Shown: one piece after another, positions 1 to 8,425 of the stretch
Numbering within the stretch: position 1 is the stretch's first letter
Layout: each line of letters starts with the position of its first letter
Assembly: GCA_028711165.1 (NCBI GenBank)
Contig: JAQTST010000001.1
Location: 394,986 to 418,985, forward strand
Direction: 5' to 3'
DNA: 24,000 bases
Source: Candidatus Nanoarchaeia archaeon
GTDB lineage: Archaea; Nanobdellota; Nanobdellia; Pacearchaeales; GW2011-AR1
Notes under the pieces: generated by a model
What the model was told of the DNA's origin: nothing
Databases searched by the model: none
The model's input: only the letters and a program-made list of their open reading frames with translations
Made by a program: the position numbers and the translations under genes

Positions 1-1
1 G

Positions 2-1423
2 CAAGATGGATATCTTGGAAATGGCAAGGGGGAAGAAAATACAAATTATAGTTTTACATACTGGTTTAATTCAACTGTAATTCCAAACAGCACTGATTCG
101 AGAATATTTAATCTTACAGCAGAAGTTGATTTCTATGACATTAAAGCAGGACAGAGGTATACATTTATTTCAGATTCCGGATATCTCATGAATGTTTCAT
201 TACCTGAAGGAGCTTCGTGGATTTTTAAGAATTGTTCATGGAATAAATCAAATCAATTATATCTTTGTGGTGTTCCCCAATTTGCAGGAGGGACTTATGA
301 AGAAGCATTAATTGGCGATACAATTAATATAACACAGAGCATTTTGAAATGGCTATATCAAGATGATTCTCTCGAAATAAAATCTTATCCTTATAATATG
401 ACTTATCTTCCAATGAATACTTCTGATAACAAGAAATCTTATGCAATAATTGAAAAAAGAAATTCAAGCCTGATTTATAATTTAACTTTTCCATATAATA
501 CAAAAGTTTGGAATTTCATAAATAAAACAATTGAATGTGAAAATTGTAACTCTTTAAATTTATCTTTTAATCGCTATGAAATGAAAATGTTTTTCATAAA
601 TATTTCCAATATTTCTCTGACAGAAGGAAATATCGCTGAAGTAAGGGATGATTCAAATAATATAGTCGACGATAATGTAGAAGTCTGGTTTACTGGCATG
701 TCAGATAATTCCACAAAACATATCGACAGTAATTTAACTTCGGCTATCAACTTAACTGCAAACTTTTACGTCGATAGCTGTTCTATTTCTTCAATATATT
801 ATGTCTCTGAAACAGGAACATATTCCAAAACTTATGGTTCTTCTGAATGGAACTGTTCGGGGAATATGGTAACATTAAATATAACAGGAATAGAACCTGC
901 GACAGGAAGCAATATGATTTATATAACTTATAAAACATCACCGGCTGAAGAAGATATAGAAACAACAACCGGAAATCCACGGCCGAAAAATATTACAATT
1001 AATAATGGTTCAATTTCTCCGGAGAAAGATTATGTTTACAAAGTTCATAAATTTGATAAAATCTTTTTCATTCTTAACAATGTTACGTATACTATTACCA
1101 TAACTCAAATAGGAAATGGTTTTATTGATTTGGAGATAGAACCTTCCTCAATTGATTTGGCTTTACAAATTAATGAATCAAGAGATATTGATTTAAATGG
1201 AGATAAACCGGATGATATTTCAATAACATTAATTGATATAAAATCTGGAACAGCAAAAATTTCCATAAAATTATTGGAAAATAAAGAACTTCCGTACTCT
1301 GAAAAACCAGAAGAAAAACTCATCAGCACCGAAGATAAAATAGTGTTTATTCTTGGATTTTTAATAATATTAATCCTTATTATAATCATTTTACTGAAAA
1401 TTAAGGTTCATTCTGATAAATAG
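2..1423 (+). CDS. Cell-surface glycoprotein-like protein, 5'-truncated by the window edge, with a C-terminal transmembrane anchor
   Basis: The reading frame is open from nt 2, with no stop before the listed ATG at 188, so the ORF enters from upstream. I hand-counted 25 N-x-S/T sequons in the 473 translated residues. The protein is Asn/Ser/Thr/Ile-rich and ends in the hydrophobic helix IVFILGFLIILILIIIILL followed by the basic tail KIKVHSDK. No family recognised. Confidence 0.6.
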   Translation, partial: QDGYLGNGKGEENTNYSFTYWFNSTVIPNSTDSRIFNLTAEVDFYDIKAGQRYTFISDSGYLMNVSLPEGASWIFKNCSWNKSNQLYLCGVPQFAGGTYEEALIGDTINITQSILKWLYQDDSLEIKSYPYNMTYLPMNTSDNKKSYAIIEKRNSSLIYNLTFPYNTKVWNFINKTIECENCNSLNLSFNRYEMKMFFINISNISLTEGNIAEVRDDSNNIVDDNVEVWFTGMSDNSTKHIDSNLTSAINLTANFYVDSCSISSIYYVSETGTYSKTYGSSEWNCSGNMVTLNITGIEPATGSNMIYITYKTSPAEEDIETTTGNPRPKNITINNGSISPEKDYVYKVHKFDKIFFILNNVTYTITITQIGNGFIDLEIEPSSIDLALQINESRDIDLNGDKPDDISITLIDIKSGTAKISIKLLENKELPYSEKPEEKLISTEDKIVFILGFLIILILIIIILLKIKVHSDK

Positions 1424-1508
1424 AAATGTTTTTAAAATTGTCCGGGCTTAATTTGGAATGAAAGGAAATGACATTTCCTCTCTAACATATTTGAAAGGAG
1501 GTTTACAT

Positions 1509-1997
1509 ATGAGAAATAAATTTTTTAGAGACCAAAAGGGATTATCGACAATCGTTGTTACTCTTATCATAATTCTATTGTCTTTAGTTTCAATAGGAAT
1601 TGTATGGGTAGTTGTCAATAATCTTGTTAAAGGCGGTACTTCTGGAGTTGAGATTGGTTCAAAATGTTTGGAAGTTGATGTAGCAGCTACAAAGACAAAC
1701 TGCAGTGCAGTTGCAACTGAAATGTATTGTGCTGTAACTTTATCAAGAACCGGAACAGGAAGTGATGCAATTGGCGGAGTCAAGTTAGTTTTCAAGAATG
1801 AAACTAGCGGAGTCAGCGGGGCTTCAATAGTAGATGTCCCAGGAGATATTCCACAATTAGTAACTCAAACTACAGCAAGTTTGGATACAGGTTTAACAAC
1901 CACACAGGGAGTAAACAAAGTTGAAGTCACAGTTTACTTTGATGATGCTGATGGTAATGAACAACTTTGTCCAAGAACAAGTCCCTATAGCTTTTAA
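1509..1997 (+). CDS. Archaeal type IV pilin-like protein (class III signal peptide)
   Basis: An internal ATG at 1509 is preceded by GAAAGGAGGT (about 1494-1503), a strong SD. The N-terminus MRNKFFRDQKG/LSTIVVTLIIILLSLVSIGIVWVV has a short basic leader, a KG prepilin-peptidase-type site and a long hydrophobic helix. The remainder is Thr/Ser/Gly/Val-rich. The ORF-track start at 1458 lacks an SD. Confidence 0.65.
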   Translation: MRNKFFRDQKGLSTIVVTLIIILLSLVSIGIVWVVVNNLVKGGTSGVEIGSKCLEVDVAATKTNCSAVATEMYCAVTLSRTGTGSDAIGGVKLVFKNETSGVSGASIVDVPGDIPQLVTQTTASLDTGLTTTQGVNKVEVTVYFDDADGNEQLCPRTSPYSF

Positions 1998-2014
1998 TCA
2001 AAACTTTTTTATTT

Positions 2015-3190
2015 TTATTTATCTTTTTTGATTAAATAAACTTCATCATTCTTCCTGACTTTTGGAAGTTTGATTCCTATTTCTTGTCCTTTTTTTCCTT
2101 TTACTTCAGATTTTCTGTTAATCTCGATAGAATCAATTTCTGATTTCACGATTCCTGTTGTATCTCCGATGATTACTATTTTATCGCCGATGTTTAATCC
2201 AGAAACAAGCTTGACTGCTGCGACGCCGACATTATCAAAATAGTGTGTTACTTTTCCGACAAAATGTTTTTTCTCTGCTGAGGCATTATTTTCTGTCTTT
2301 GCAAAATCATCCGCGGTTGGCGTTTTCAAATAAAATCCTGATGAATATCCTTTATTGTAAATTTTTTTTAACTCTTCCATCCCTTCGGCGATTTCCTTTT
2401 TGCTTAATTTTTTATCGAGAGCTTTTCTGTAAACTCTTACGACAGCGTCGACATATCTTGCATCCCGGTTTCGTCCTTCGATTTTGAAAGATTTTATTCC
2501 TGCCTTTTTCATTTTTTCAATGAAGGGTAAGGTGCACAAATCTTTTGCAGAGAAAATTCTTGAGTTTTCAACTTTCAATTCATTTCCTTCGTCGTCTTTT
2601 ACTGTATAACTTCTTCTGCAGGGATGCAAACATTCCCCGCGATTTGCTGATTTGTTAAACAAAAATTGCGAAGTGAAACATCTTCCTGAAACAGCGACGC
2701 ACATTGCTCCGTGACAGAAAGTTTCTATGTCAATTATTTTTGAGATTTCTTTTATCTGCTTTAGATTTAATTCTCTCGCCAAGATTATTCTTTTCGCTCC
2801 AATTTGCTTGAAGAATTTTGCTGATTCGATATTTGAGACAGAAGCCTGAGTTGAGACGAAAAAAGGAATTTGATATTTTCTGCATAAACTGATTACGGCA
2901 AAATCCCAGCAGATTATTGCATCAACTTTTCCTTTAACTTTTTGGATTATCTTTTCAATTTTTTTTAACTCGCTGTTGTAAATTATTGTGTTTAATGTTA
3001 AATATCTCTTAACATTCTTTGACTTAGACATTTTTTCGATTTCGTCCAAATCTTCTATCATGAAATTTCCTGCCTTTGCTCTCATTGAGAATTCTTTCAG
3101 CCCGAAATAAACAGCGTCGGCTCCTGCATTGACGGCTGCTGCTAACATTGAGAAATCTCCTGCTGGTGCGAGAAGTTCATATTTTTCCAT
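2015..3190 (-). CDS. Peptidase U32 family protein (collagenase-like / RlhA-TrhP-type)
   Basis: The N-terminus MEKYELLAPAGDFSMLAAAVNAGADAVYFG is the typical U32 start (ELLAPAG...AGADAVY). Also present are the cysteine-containing core FCHGAMCVAVSGRCFTS and ECLHPCRRSY, and a C-terminal beta-barrel-like tail. ATG start confirmed at 3190. Confidence 0.85.
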   Translation of the reverse strand: MEKYELLAPAGDFSMLAAAVNAGADAVYFGLKEFSMRAKAGNFMIEDLDEIEKMSKSKNVKRYLTLNTIIYNSELKKIEKIIQKVKGKVDAIICWDFAVISLCRKYQIPFFVSTQASVSNIESAKFFKQIGAKRIILARELNLKQIKEISKIIDIETFCHGAMCVAVSGRCFTSQFLFNKSANRGECLHPCRRSYTVKDDEGNELKVENSRIFSAKDLCTLPFIEKMKKAGIKSFKIEGRNRDARYVDAVVRVYRKALDKKLSKKEIAEGMEELKKIYNKGYSSGFYLKTPTADDFAKTENNASAEKKHFVGKVTHYFDNVGVAAVKLVSGLNIGDKIVIIGDTTGIVKSEIDSIEINRKSEVKGKKGQEIGIKLPKVRKNDEVYLIKKDK

Positions 3191-3352
3191 TTAAATTTCT
3201 GTTAAAATAAGTTTAAAAAGTCTTTTTATTTGAAACTTTTATGACAGCTAGAATTAGGACTTGTCGGCATCATTAGGAAGCTAGATTTTCTTAGTGATAA
3301 CTCTTTCAATAAGTTTTTTATACCATTTCTGTTTCAATTTATTAACTATAAT

Positions 3353-3424
3353 GGCGATTGTAGTTCAGTGGCAGAACGTGCGACTGTGGCTCGCATAACG
3401 GGAGTTCGATTCTCCCCATTCGCC
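3353..3424 (+). tRNA. tRNA-His (anticodon GTG) with genome-encoded G-1; no encoded CCA
   Basis: Hand-folded cloverleaf. G-1:C73 pairs. Acceptor GCGATTG/CATTCGC has one U5:U68 mismatch. D stem GTTC/GAAC with loop AGTGGCA. Anticodon stem TGCGA/TCGCA with loop CTGTGGC (GTG). 4-nt variable loop. T arm GGGAG-TTCGATT-CTCCC. Confidence 0.9.
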
Positions 3425-3441
3425 CTGCAAAAAGAGGAAAA

Positions 3442-3861
3442 ATGAACATATTATTTATCTGCAAATACAATGCTTTCAGAAGCAGAATTGCTGAAGAATA
3501 TTTTAGGAAAATAAATAGAAATCCGTCGGTAAAAATAATTAGCCGTGGGTTGATTATGGGCGGGGTTCCTGACAAAGAACAGATTCAAATTTCTAAGCAA
3601 ATTCTGGGAATAAAAATTAACAAAAGAAAAGCTCTTCCTGTTACAAAATCCGAACTGAAAGAAGCAGATTTAATCGTCGTCGTTGCTAATGATATTCCAA
3701 GAATAATTTTTGACTATAACGGAAACATTCTCCAAAAGAAAGTGAGAATCTGGAAAATAAAAGATGAGCAAAACCGAAACAAAAACAATATTAAGACGAT
3801 AGTGCTTTTGATTAAAGATAAAGTCGAGAGATTAAATAAAGAATTGGAGAAAAGAAAATGA
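3442..3861 (+). CDS. Low-molecular-weight phosphotyrosine phosphatase / ArsC-like phosphatase
   Basis: N-terminal P-loop ILFICKYNAFRSRIAEEYF matches the C-x5-R-(S/T) LMW-PTP signature. About 139 aa, the typical size. SD GAGGA lies 4-8 nt upstream. The stop overlaps the hisS start (ATGA at 3858-3861). Confidence 0.75.
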   Translation: MNILFICKYNAFRSRIAEEYFRKINRNPSVKIISRGLIMGGVPDKEQIQISKQILGIKINKRKALPVTKSELKEADLIVVVANDIPRIIFDYNGNILQKKVRIWKIKDEQNRNKNNIKTIVLLIKDKVERLNKELEKRK

Positions 3862-5000
3862 ATACAGAAATTGTCAAGGGATTCAGGGATTACACCGGCG
3901 AAGATGCTGAGAAAAAATCTGAGATAAAGAAAATTTTAGTCGAGACTTTTGAGAAGTACGGATTTGAACCTGCTGAAACGCCGATAATTGAAAATGAAGA
4001 GTTTGTCCGGGGGGAAAATAAAGAAGATGAAGCTGTCAGTGATATTTACAAATTGAAAGATAAGGGGAACAGAAATCTTGCGCTTAGGTATGAGTTTACT
4101 TTCCAGCTGAAAAGAATTGCGAAGAATAAGAAACTCCCTTACAAGCGATATGAGATTGGAGAAGTTTTCAGAGACGAGCCAGTAAGTTCAAATCGGTTCA
4201 GACAATTTACTCAGTGCGATGTTGATATCGTCGGGAGTTCTGTAAAAGAAGAAGCGGAAATTCTCTCTTTAGCTAATGAGGTTATGAAAAAAATTGGAGT
4301 AAAACCAAGTATCTTAATTAATAACAGAAATCTGCTTAATGAAATTCTTGAATCTGAAGGAATAAAAGCAAAAGAGCAGGTTTTGAGAGAGATTGATAAA
4401 TTTGGCAAACTTCCTGAAAAAGAAATTTTGGAAAACCTGAAAAAATACAAGGCAGAGAAAATTTTGTCTTTGCTGAAAAAAGGAGAAAGCTATTTTTCTA
4501 AATTTGAATCATATAAAAGAATTTTAGAACTAATGAAATACTGCAATTATTACGGAGTGAAAGTTTTGTTTTCTCCGACGATAATAAGAGGTTTGAGCTA
4601 TTACAATGGAAGTGTTTTTGAAATTAAAACTGACAAAATAAAAGAAACAATCTGTGCCGGGGGAAGTTATATGATTAACGGAATTCAGGCGTCAGGGATT
4701 TCATTTGGGCTTGACAGACTTGTGCAATTAGCAAAATTGGAAATTGAAAAAGAAAAATATTTGGTTATTTCCCTCGACAAAGATAAAGATGCAGTTAATA
4801 TTGTAAAAAGATTAAGAGAGAAAAATAAAATTGCCGAGATTTATTACGGTAAACCGACGAAAGCTCTGGAATATGCAAACTCTTACAAAATAAATAAAGT
4901 AATCTTCGTAGGAGAAAAAGAAGTCAAGGCGAAAAAGTTTAAGATTAAGGATATGACGAGCGGGAAAGAAAAATCTATCGATTTGTCAACGAAGTTTTAA
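3858..5000 (+). CDS. hisS: Histidyl-tRNA synthetase (class II, archaeal/eukaryal-like motifs)
   Basis: GFRDY near the N-terminus; LRYEFTFQLKR (compare LRYDLTVPFAR); motif 2 FRDEPVSSNRFRQFTQCDVDIVG; motif 3 region GGSYMINGIQASGISFGLDRL. The C-terminal alpha/beta anticodon-binding-like domain reads YLVISLDKD...VIFVGEKE. At 380 aa it is somewhat short. Confidence 0.85.
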   Translation: MNTEIVKGFRDYTGEDAEKKSEIKKILVETFEKYGFEPAETPIIENEEFVRGENKEDEAVSDIYKLKDKGNRNLALRYEFTFQLKRIAKNKKLPYKRYEIGEVFRDEPVSSNRFRQFTQCDVDIVGSSVKEEAEILSLANEVMKKIGVKPSILINNRNLLNEILESEGIKAKEQVLREIDKFGKLPEKEILENLKKYKAEKILSLLKKGESYFSKFESYKRILELMKYCNYYGVKVLFSPTIIRGLSYYNGSVFEIKTDKIKETICAGGSYMINGIQASGISFGLDRLVQLAKLEIEKEKYLVISLDKDKDAVNIVKRLREKNKIAEIYYGKPTKALEYANSYKINKVIFVGEKEVKAKKFKIKDMTSGKEKSIDLSTKF

Positions 5001-5032
5001 GAAAAAACTTCGGAAGAGAGTTTGCTGAAAAT

Positions 5033-5236
5033 ATGATAACATTAAATAATCCAATTGCAGATTTTTACAAGCAGGCAGAATTAGAAGGAAGAATAATAAA
5101 ACTTCCACAAGGAGATGTTGAAAGATGCGCTGGCAGAATTAATGCTGAGATGGAAAGATTTGACAGAGAATGGAAATATAAATGTGCAAAATCAATTGAA
5201 GAATTAATGCATTCTTATGTTTCTAATTCACCTTAA
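5033..5236 (+). CDS. Hypothetical small protein (67 aa)
   Basis: This is the only ORF filling the hisS/dph6 gap and its composition is non-repetitive. The SD is weak, and the 3' end overlaps the convergent gene by 14 nt. No recognised family. Confidence 0.3.
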   Translation: MITLNNPIADFYKQAELEGRIIKLPQGDVERCAGRINAEMERFDREWKYKCAKSIEELMHSYVSNSP

Positions 5237-5894
5237 TTTCCCGACGGAAAGAATTTTCTCCTTCTTTGGAATCTTTGAATGATTTAACTTTCAGTTCTTT
5301 TTTGAATAATGGACAATTAAGCACGAATGTTTCAAACTCTCCGCCTTCGCCTGCTGCGTGGATTTGATATTTTTCTTTTAATTGCATGACTTCTTCTATA
5401 AATTTCTCGTCGATAATTCTACCAAGCCAGGATTTGTCCAAAGGAAAAGCAAACACACCAACGATTACGATTTTAAATTTAGCATCGATTAATTCTTTCA
5501 AATATGGAATTTCTTCTTTATGCCAGATTGGGTTAAGACATTTTATATTTAGTTTGTCGCAGATTGCCTGAATCCTGCTTGCCTGATAATCTGAATGAAG
5601 TGCTCCTGTAACTAATGTGTCAAAATCGTATTTCCTTTTTGCTTTTTTTATTGCTTTTTCCAAATCAACAAGTTCTGATTCTTTTTCTCCTTTTGTCTTG
5701 CTGAGGATAATCGGAAGATTCATTATTTTTGCCTGCTTTTTGACTTGTTTTATCGACGGAGTGTGAAACATATAACTTGCTTTGTTCTTCGAGAAAATTG
5801 AAATCAGGCAACTCAATTCAAATCCTTTTTCTTTTGCAAGGTAAGCTGCATAAGTTGAATCTTTCCCGCCAGAAAATAAAACTGCTGCTTTCAT
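5223..5894 (-). CDS. MJ0570-family ATP pyrophosphatase (diphthine-ammonia ligase Dph6-like)
   Basis: N-terminal PP-loop AVLFSGGKDST and the C-terminal AAGEGGEFETFVLNCPLF motif are characteristic of the MJ0570/Dph6 N-type ATP pyrophosphatase family. Confidence 0.8.
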   Translation of the reverse strand: MKAAVLFSGGKDSTYAAYLAKEKGFELSCLISIFSKNKASYMFHTPSIKQVKKQAKIMNLPIILSKTKGEKESELVDLEKAIKKAKRKYDFDTLVTGALHSDYQASRIQAICDKLNIKCLNPIWHKEEIPYLKELIDAKFKIVIVGVFAFPLDKSWLGRIIDEKFIEEVMQLKEKYQIHAAGEGGEFETFVLNCPLFKKELKVKSFKDSKEGENSFRREIKVN

Positions 5895-6751
5895 TCTTCT
5901 TCCTCGTCTTCTTCATTTATTTCTTCGTCTTTAAAATTCTCAGGATTCTTGTCGTATTCTTCAAGTTCTTTTCTCAAATCTTCGAAAGGGTCGGGATTAT
6001 TTTTCAAAAAAGTTTCTCTGAGCCAAATATGAACCTCATCGAATGGATTTTTTTGTTCGAGCCAGATTTTTTTCTGGTCTTCAAGGTAAAGTAATGGAAG
6101 AAAAGAGATAATTTTCTCGTCTTTATTGATAAGAAATTCAGTGAATGAAACTTTATTTTCTTTTTTCTGGCTGAACCAATCGGTGAGATTTCTGTATATC
6201 TCAGTGATTTTGTCTTTTATGCTGAACTTTCTTTTTGGAAGCGAGAATGAACTTTCTCTGAGGGTATTTTTGGAGACGATTTCTTTTTTTATTCTCCTGT
6301 TTTCTGTAACTATCGCTTTATTCAGTGATTCCATAAGTTCTTTCAGTGTAACTTTTTTGAATCTTGGCATCGGGCTTCGTGGAATTAATTCCGGAATCTC
6401 GTCGTCTAATTCTATTCTTTCAAATGCAGTTTTATTCGGTTCTTTTTTTCCAAAGAGAATTTCATCAATACTTTTTATGTATCTATTAAGAAGAATTTCT
6501 GATTTTATTCTCAGAAGCAGAGAAGCAGCGAGGAGAACTTTGCTTGAGACAAAAAAATCTGCCTCTTCTATTTCTCTTATTTTTTCGAGATATTTGTCAG
6601 AGAGAACAATTATATTGATGTCCCACGGATTTAGCTGTTCTGTATTAATCAAATCGTAAATAATTTCCTGCCATCCTATTTCTCTATTGAACAATAAATC
6701 GTGAATCTGTTCTTGCTGGACAGAATTTTTTCCTTTTTCTTCAGTCTCCAT
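5891..6751 (-). CDS. scpA: Segregation and condensation protein A (kleisin ScpA)
   Basis: N-terminal region WQEIIYDLINTEQLNPWDINIIVLSDKYLEKIREIEEADFFVSSKVLLAASLLLRIKSEILL matches the ScpA N-terminal helix pattern. Acidic C-terminal tail. Stop/start overlap (ATGA) with the downstream Dph6-like gene. Confidence 0.8.
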   Translation of the reverse strand: METEEKGKNSVQQEQIHDLLFNREIGWQEIIYDLINTEQLNPWDINIIVLSDKYLEKIREIEEADFFVSSKVLLAASLLLRIKSEILLNRYIKSIDEILFGKKEPNKTAFERIELDDEIPELIPRSPMPRFKKVTLKELMESLNKAIVTENRRIKKEIVSKNTLRESSFSLPKRKFSIKDKITEIYRNLTDWFSQKKENKVSFTEFLINKDEKIISFLPLLYLEDQKKIWLEQKNPFDEVHIWLRETFLKNNPDPFEDLRKELEEYDKNPENFKDEEINEEDEEEE

Positions 6752-6920
6752 AGAATAAATAAACTATTTTATTTTATAATTGTTCTGCTTGCACCCCACA
6801 CATTGCTTCGGTAGTACCTAATAATCTATTTTAGTAGTGCCTAAAAGATAGTCTTTCTGAAAAAATTATTTACTACTTTATTGTTTACAACGCTTGTCAT
6901 TTTTTAAGGGTAACATTATA

Positions 6921-6934
6921 GAAAAGTTTATATA
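6921..6934 (+). promoter_or_regulatory. Candidate archaeal BRE/TATA promoter (GAAAAG-TTTATATA) with no downstream ORF
   Basis: TTTATATA at 6927-6934 is a canonical archaeal TATA octamer, preceded by the purine-rich GAAAAG. The following ~130 nt on the + strand contain no ATG. Confidence 0.3.
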
Positions 6935-6968
6935 CTGGGTTTCTTTAGTTTTTTTATCACCTCTTTTT

Positions 6969-7022
6969 CCCCAGGAGAGGCTTCAAGTTATCTTTTTGAT
7001 CAGCTTGAAGAACCTCCTAGGG
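6969..7022 (+). ncRNA. Candidate structured small RNA core (long imperfect hairpin); function and strand uncertain
   Basis: CTTCAAG (6981-6987) pairs perfectly with CTTGAAG (7004-7010). The stem is extended by GGAG/CTCC and CCC/GGG pairings with small bulges. It lies ~35 nt downstream of the TATA box at 6927-6934, inside a 340-nt ORF-free gap. Confidence 0.3.
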
Positions 7023-7092
7023 TTTGTAACTAATAATTATTGGGATTATCTCATCTAAAATTGAGCACGAATTTTAATTATTATTTCAAGAA

Positions 7093-8406
7093 TTATTTCT
7101 TGGTCTCTAACGGAGAAAAAATATACTTGAGGATTGCACCAATTGTACCAATAATCTTCTCTCCCAGACTATTATAATCATGCCATGTATAATACATGTC
7201 CCTCGTGAATCTTTCTTCTTTTGTTGAATATTCCTCTGGATATTTAACAGAATCAATGGAATATTCTTTCTCTAAAGTTTTTTCCATTCTTGAACGATAT
7301 CTGCTTTTAATTTCACTTTCAGAAGAAAATTCCGAGCCATACAAATCTTTCAACATAGTTGATAGTTTTTCTTTTTGCTTAGATATTAATGAAGCAATTT
7401 CCTCTATTTTTGGCATTTCTTTTGCTTTCTTTTTCACAAAATTACCAATAATGGGAATATTCTCTTTTACATGTATTATTTGATATGTTTTGGAAGAAGC
7501 CAAATTTAGTATATAATCAAGATCTCTTATGCTGACATTTAATTTTTCATAAAATTCTTTTTGCTTGTCTTTGTCAGAGAATTCTAAAAGTTTTCTTAGT
7601 TTTATACCAAGCATCCCAGAAGGATTTTCATTAAATAATTTCTGTTTCTCTTTAACCAATTCCTCAAAATAAGAATTAACATCTTCAGTCAAATTTTGAA
7701 TATATTTTCTTTCCTGATAAAAATGTCTCGTTAAACTTGCTGGGACTTTTTTCAATAATTTATCTAAATATTTATTCAAATATTCTTGAGGATTAAACTG
7801 TTTTATCTTAGAAAAAAACCCATTAACTGTTTCATTTACCTTTTTTATCAATATGTCTTCTAAACCAAATCCTTCAGAAAATTTATCTTCTACAATATCC
7901 TTTTTTGTTTCTAATATTTTTTCTTTTGATTTTATATTTGTCCCATACAATCCATTAATTGAAATAATTACTTCCTCTTTTTCTTTATTTATTTCTCTGC
8001 TGATCTTTGCAAGTCCTTCTTGTAAATTACTGTTCACATTTTCAATGTTGTCGACGATAGATTCGACATATTTTTTCTGTTTTTCTGGATTGGAGAAAGA
8101 AATTAATTCTCTTGGAGTTATGTCCAGCACTCTTGTAAAATCCTGTTCAATAGAATCTTTGATAAACTGATACTTTTCTTCTTTTAATTCTTTTAACCAT
8201 CCGTCTATATTTTGCACAGCATTGGTTATTCCAGACCATTCTGGCTTAATTTTTTCAGAAAACTGTTGCGGAACCTGATAAAAAAAATTATCAATCCTGC
8301 AGAATTTTTCCATTAGATTAAATTTAGATAAAGAACTAAATGATTTATCTAATAATCTTATTGATTGGTCTTTTAATATGTTTTCTAAATCAAATTCTAA
8401 TTTCAT
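7093..8406 (-). CDS. Hypothetical Lys/Glu-rich, predicted all-alpha (coiled-coil) protein, 437 aa
   Basis: Long uninterrupted ORF with ATG at 8406. Heptad-like K/E/L/I-rich sequence throughout. No motif I can assign to a family. Markedly AT-rich: sampled 60-nt lines are about 20% G+C. Confidence 0.6.
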   Translation of the reverse strand: MKLEFDLENILKDQSIRLLDKSFSSLSKFNLMEKFCRIDNFFYQVPQQFSEKIKPEWSGITNAVQNIDGWLKELKEEKYQFIKDSIEQDFTRVLDITPRELISFSNPEKQKKYVESIVDNIENVNSNLQEGLAKISREINKEKEEVIISINGLYGTNIKSKEKILETKKDIVEDKFSEGFGLEDILIKKVNETVNGFFSKIKQFNPQEYLNKYLDKLLKKVPASLTRHFYQERKYIQNLTEDVNSYFEELVKEKQKLFNENPSGMLGIKLRKLLEFSDKDKQKEFYEKLNVSIRDLDYILNLASSKTYQIIHVKENIPIIGNFVKKKAKEMPKIEEIASLISKQKEKLSTMLKDLYGSEFSSESEIKSRYRSRMEKTLEKEYSIDSVKYPEEYSTKEERFTRDMYYTWHDYNSLGEKIIGTIGAILKYIFSPLETKK

Positions 8407-8425
8407 TTTAAGATTTTATTGAAAA

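Noticed and set aside
1998-2014. T-rich convergent spacer between the pilin-like gene and the U32 gene as a defined terminator
   Set aside because: Oligo-T runs here are consistent with archaeal termination. In a genome this AT-rich, however, such runs are too common to call a specific terminator without transcript data.
3342-3575. 77-aa minus-strand ORF, and 60-aa plus-strand ORF at 15398..15580
   Set aside because: Both are largely made of tRNA gene sequence (tRNA-His and tRNA-Arg respectively) or are antisense to the LMW phosphatase. They are not credible coding regions.
3858-5000. Possibility that the 380-aa HisRS-like ORF is the regulatory paralogue HisZ rather than a synthetase
   Set aside because: It retains a C-terminal anticodon-binding-like domain and motif 2/3 residues (FRDE...RFRQFTQCD, GGSY...GISFGLDRL). 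It is also linked to tRNA-His. HisZ proteins lack the anticodon-binding domain. The question can only be settled by alignment and by finding whether another hisS exists in the genome.
6126-6659. 177-aa plus-strand ORF inside scpA
   Set aside because: It is antisense to a clearly recognisable ScpA. The Ser/Phe/Leu-rich composition marks it as a shadow frame. The same reasoning applies to 21653..22246 and 22168..22449 (antisense to the cysteine desulfurase), 1448..1795, 7196..7483, 7853..8170, 11142..11546, 11209..11514, 12510..13010 and 23407..23718.
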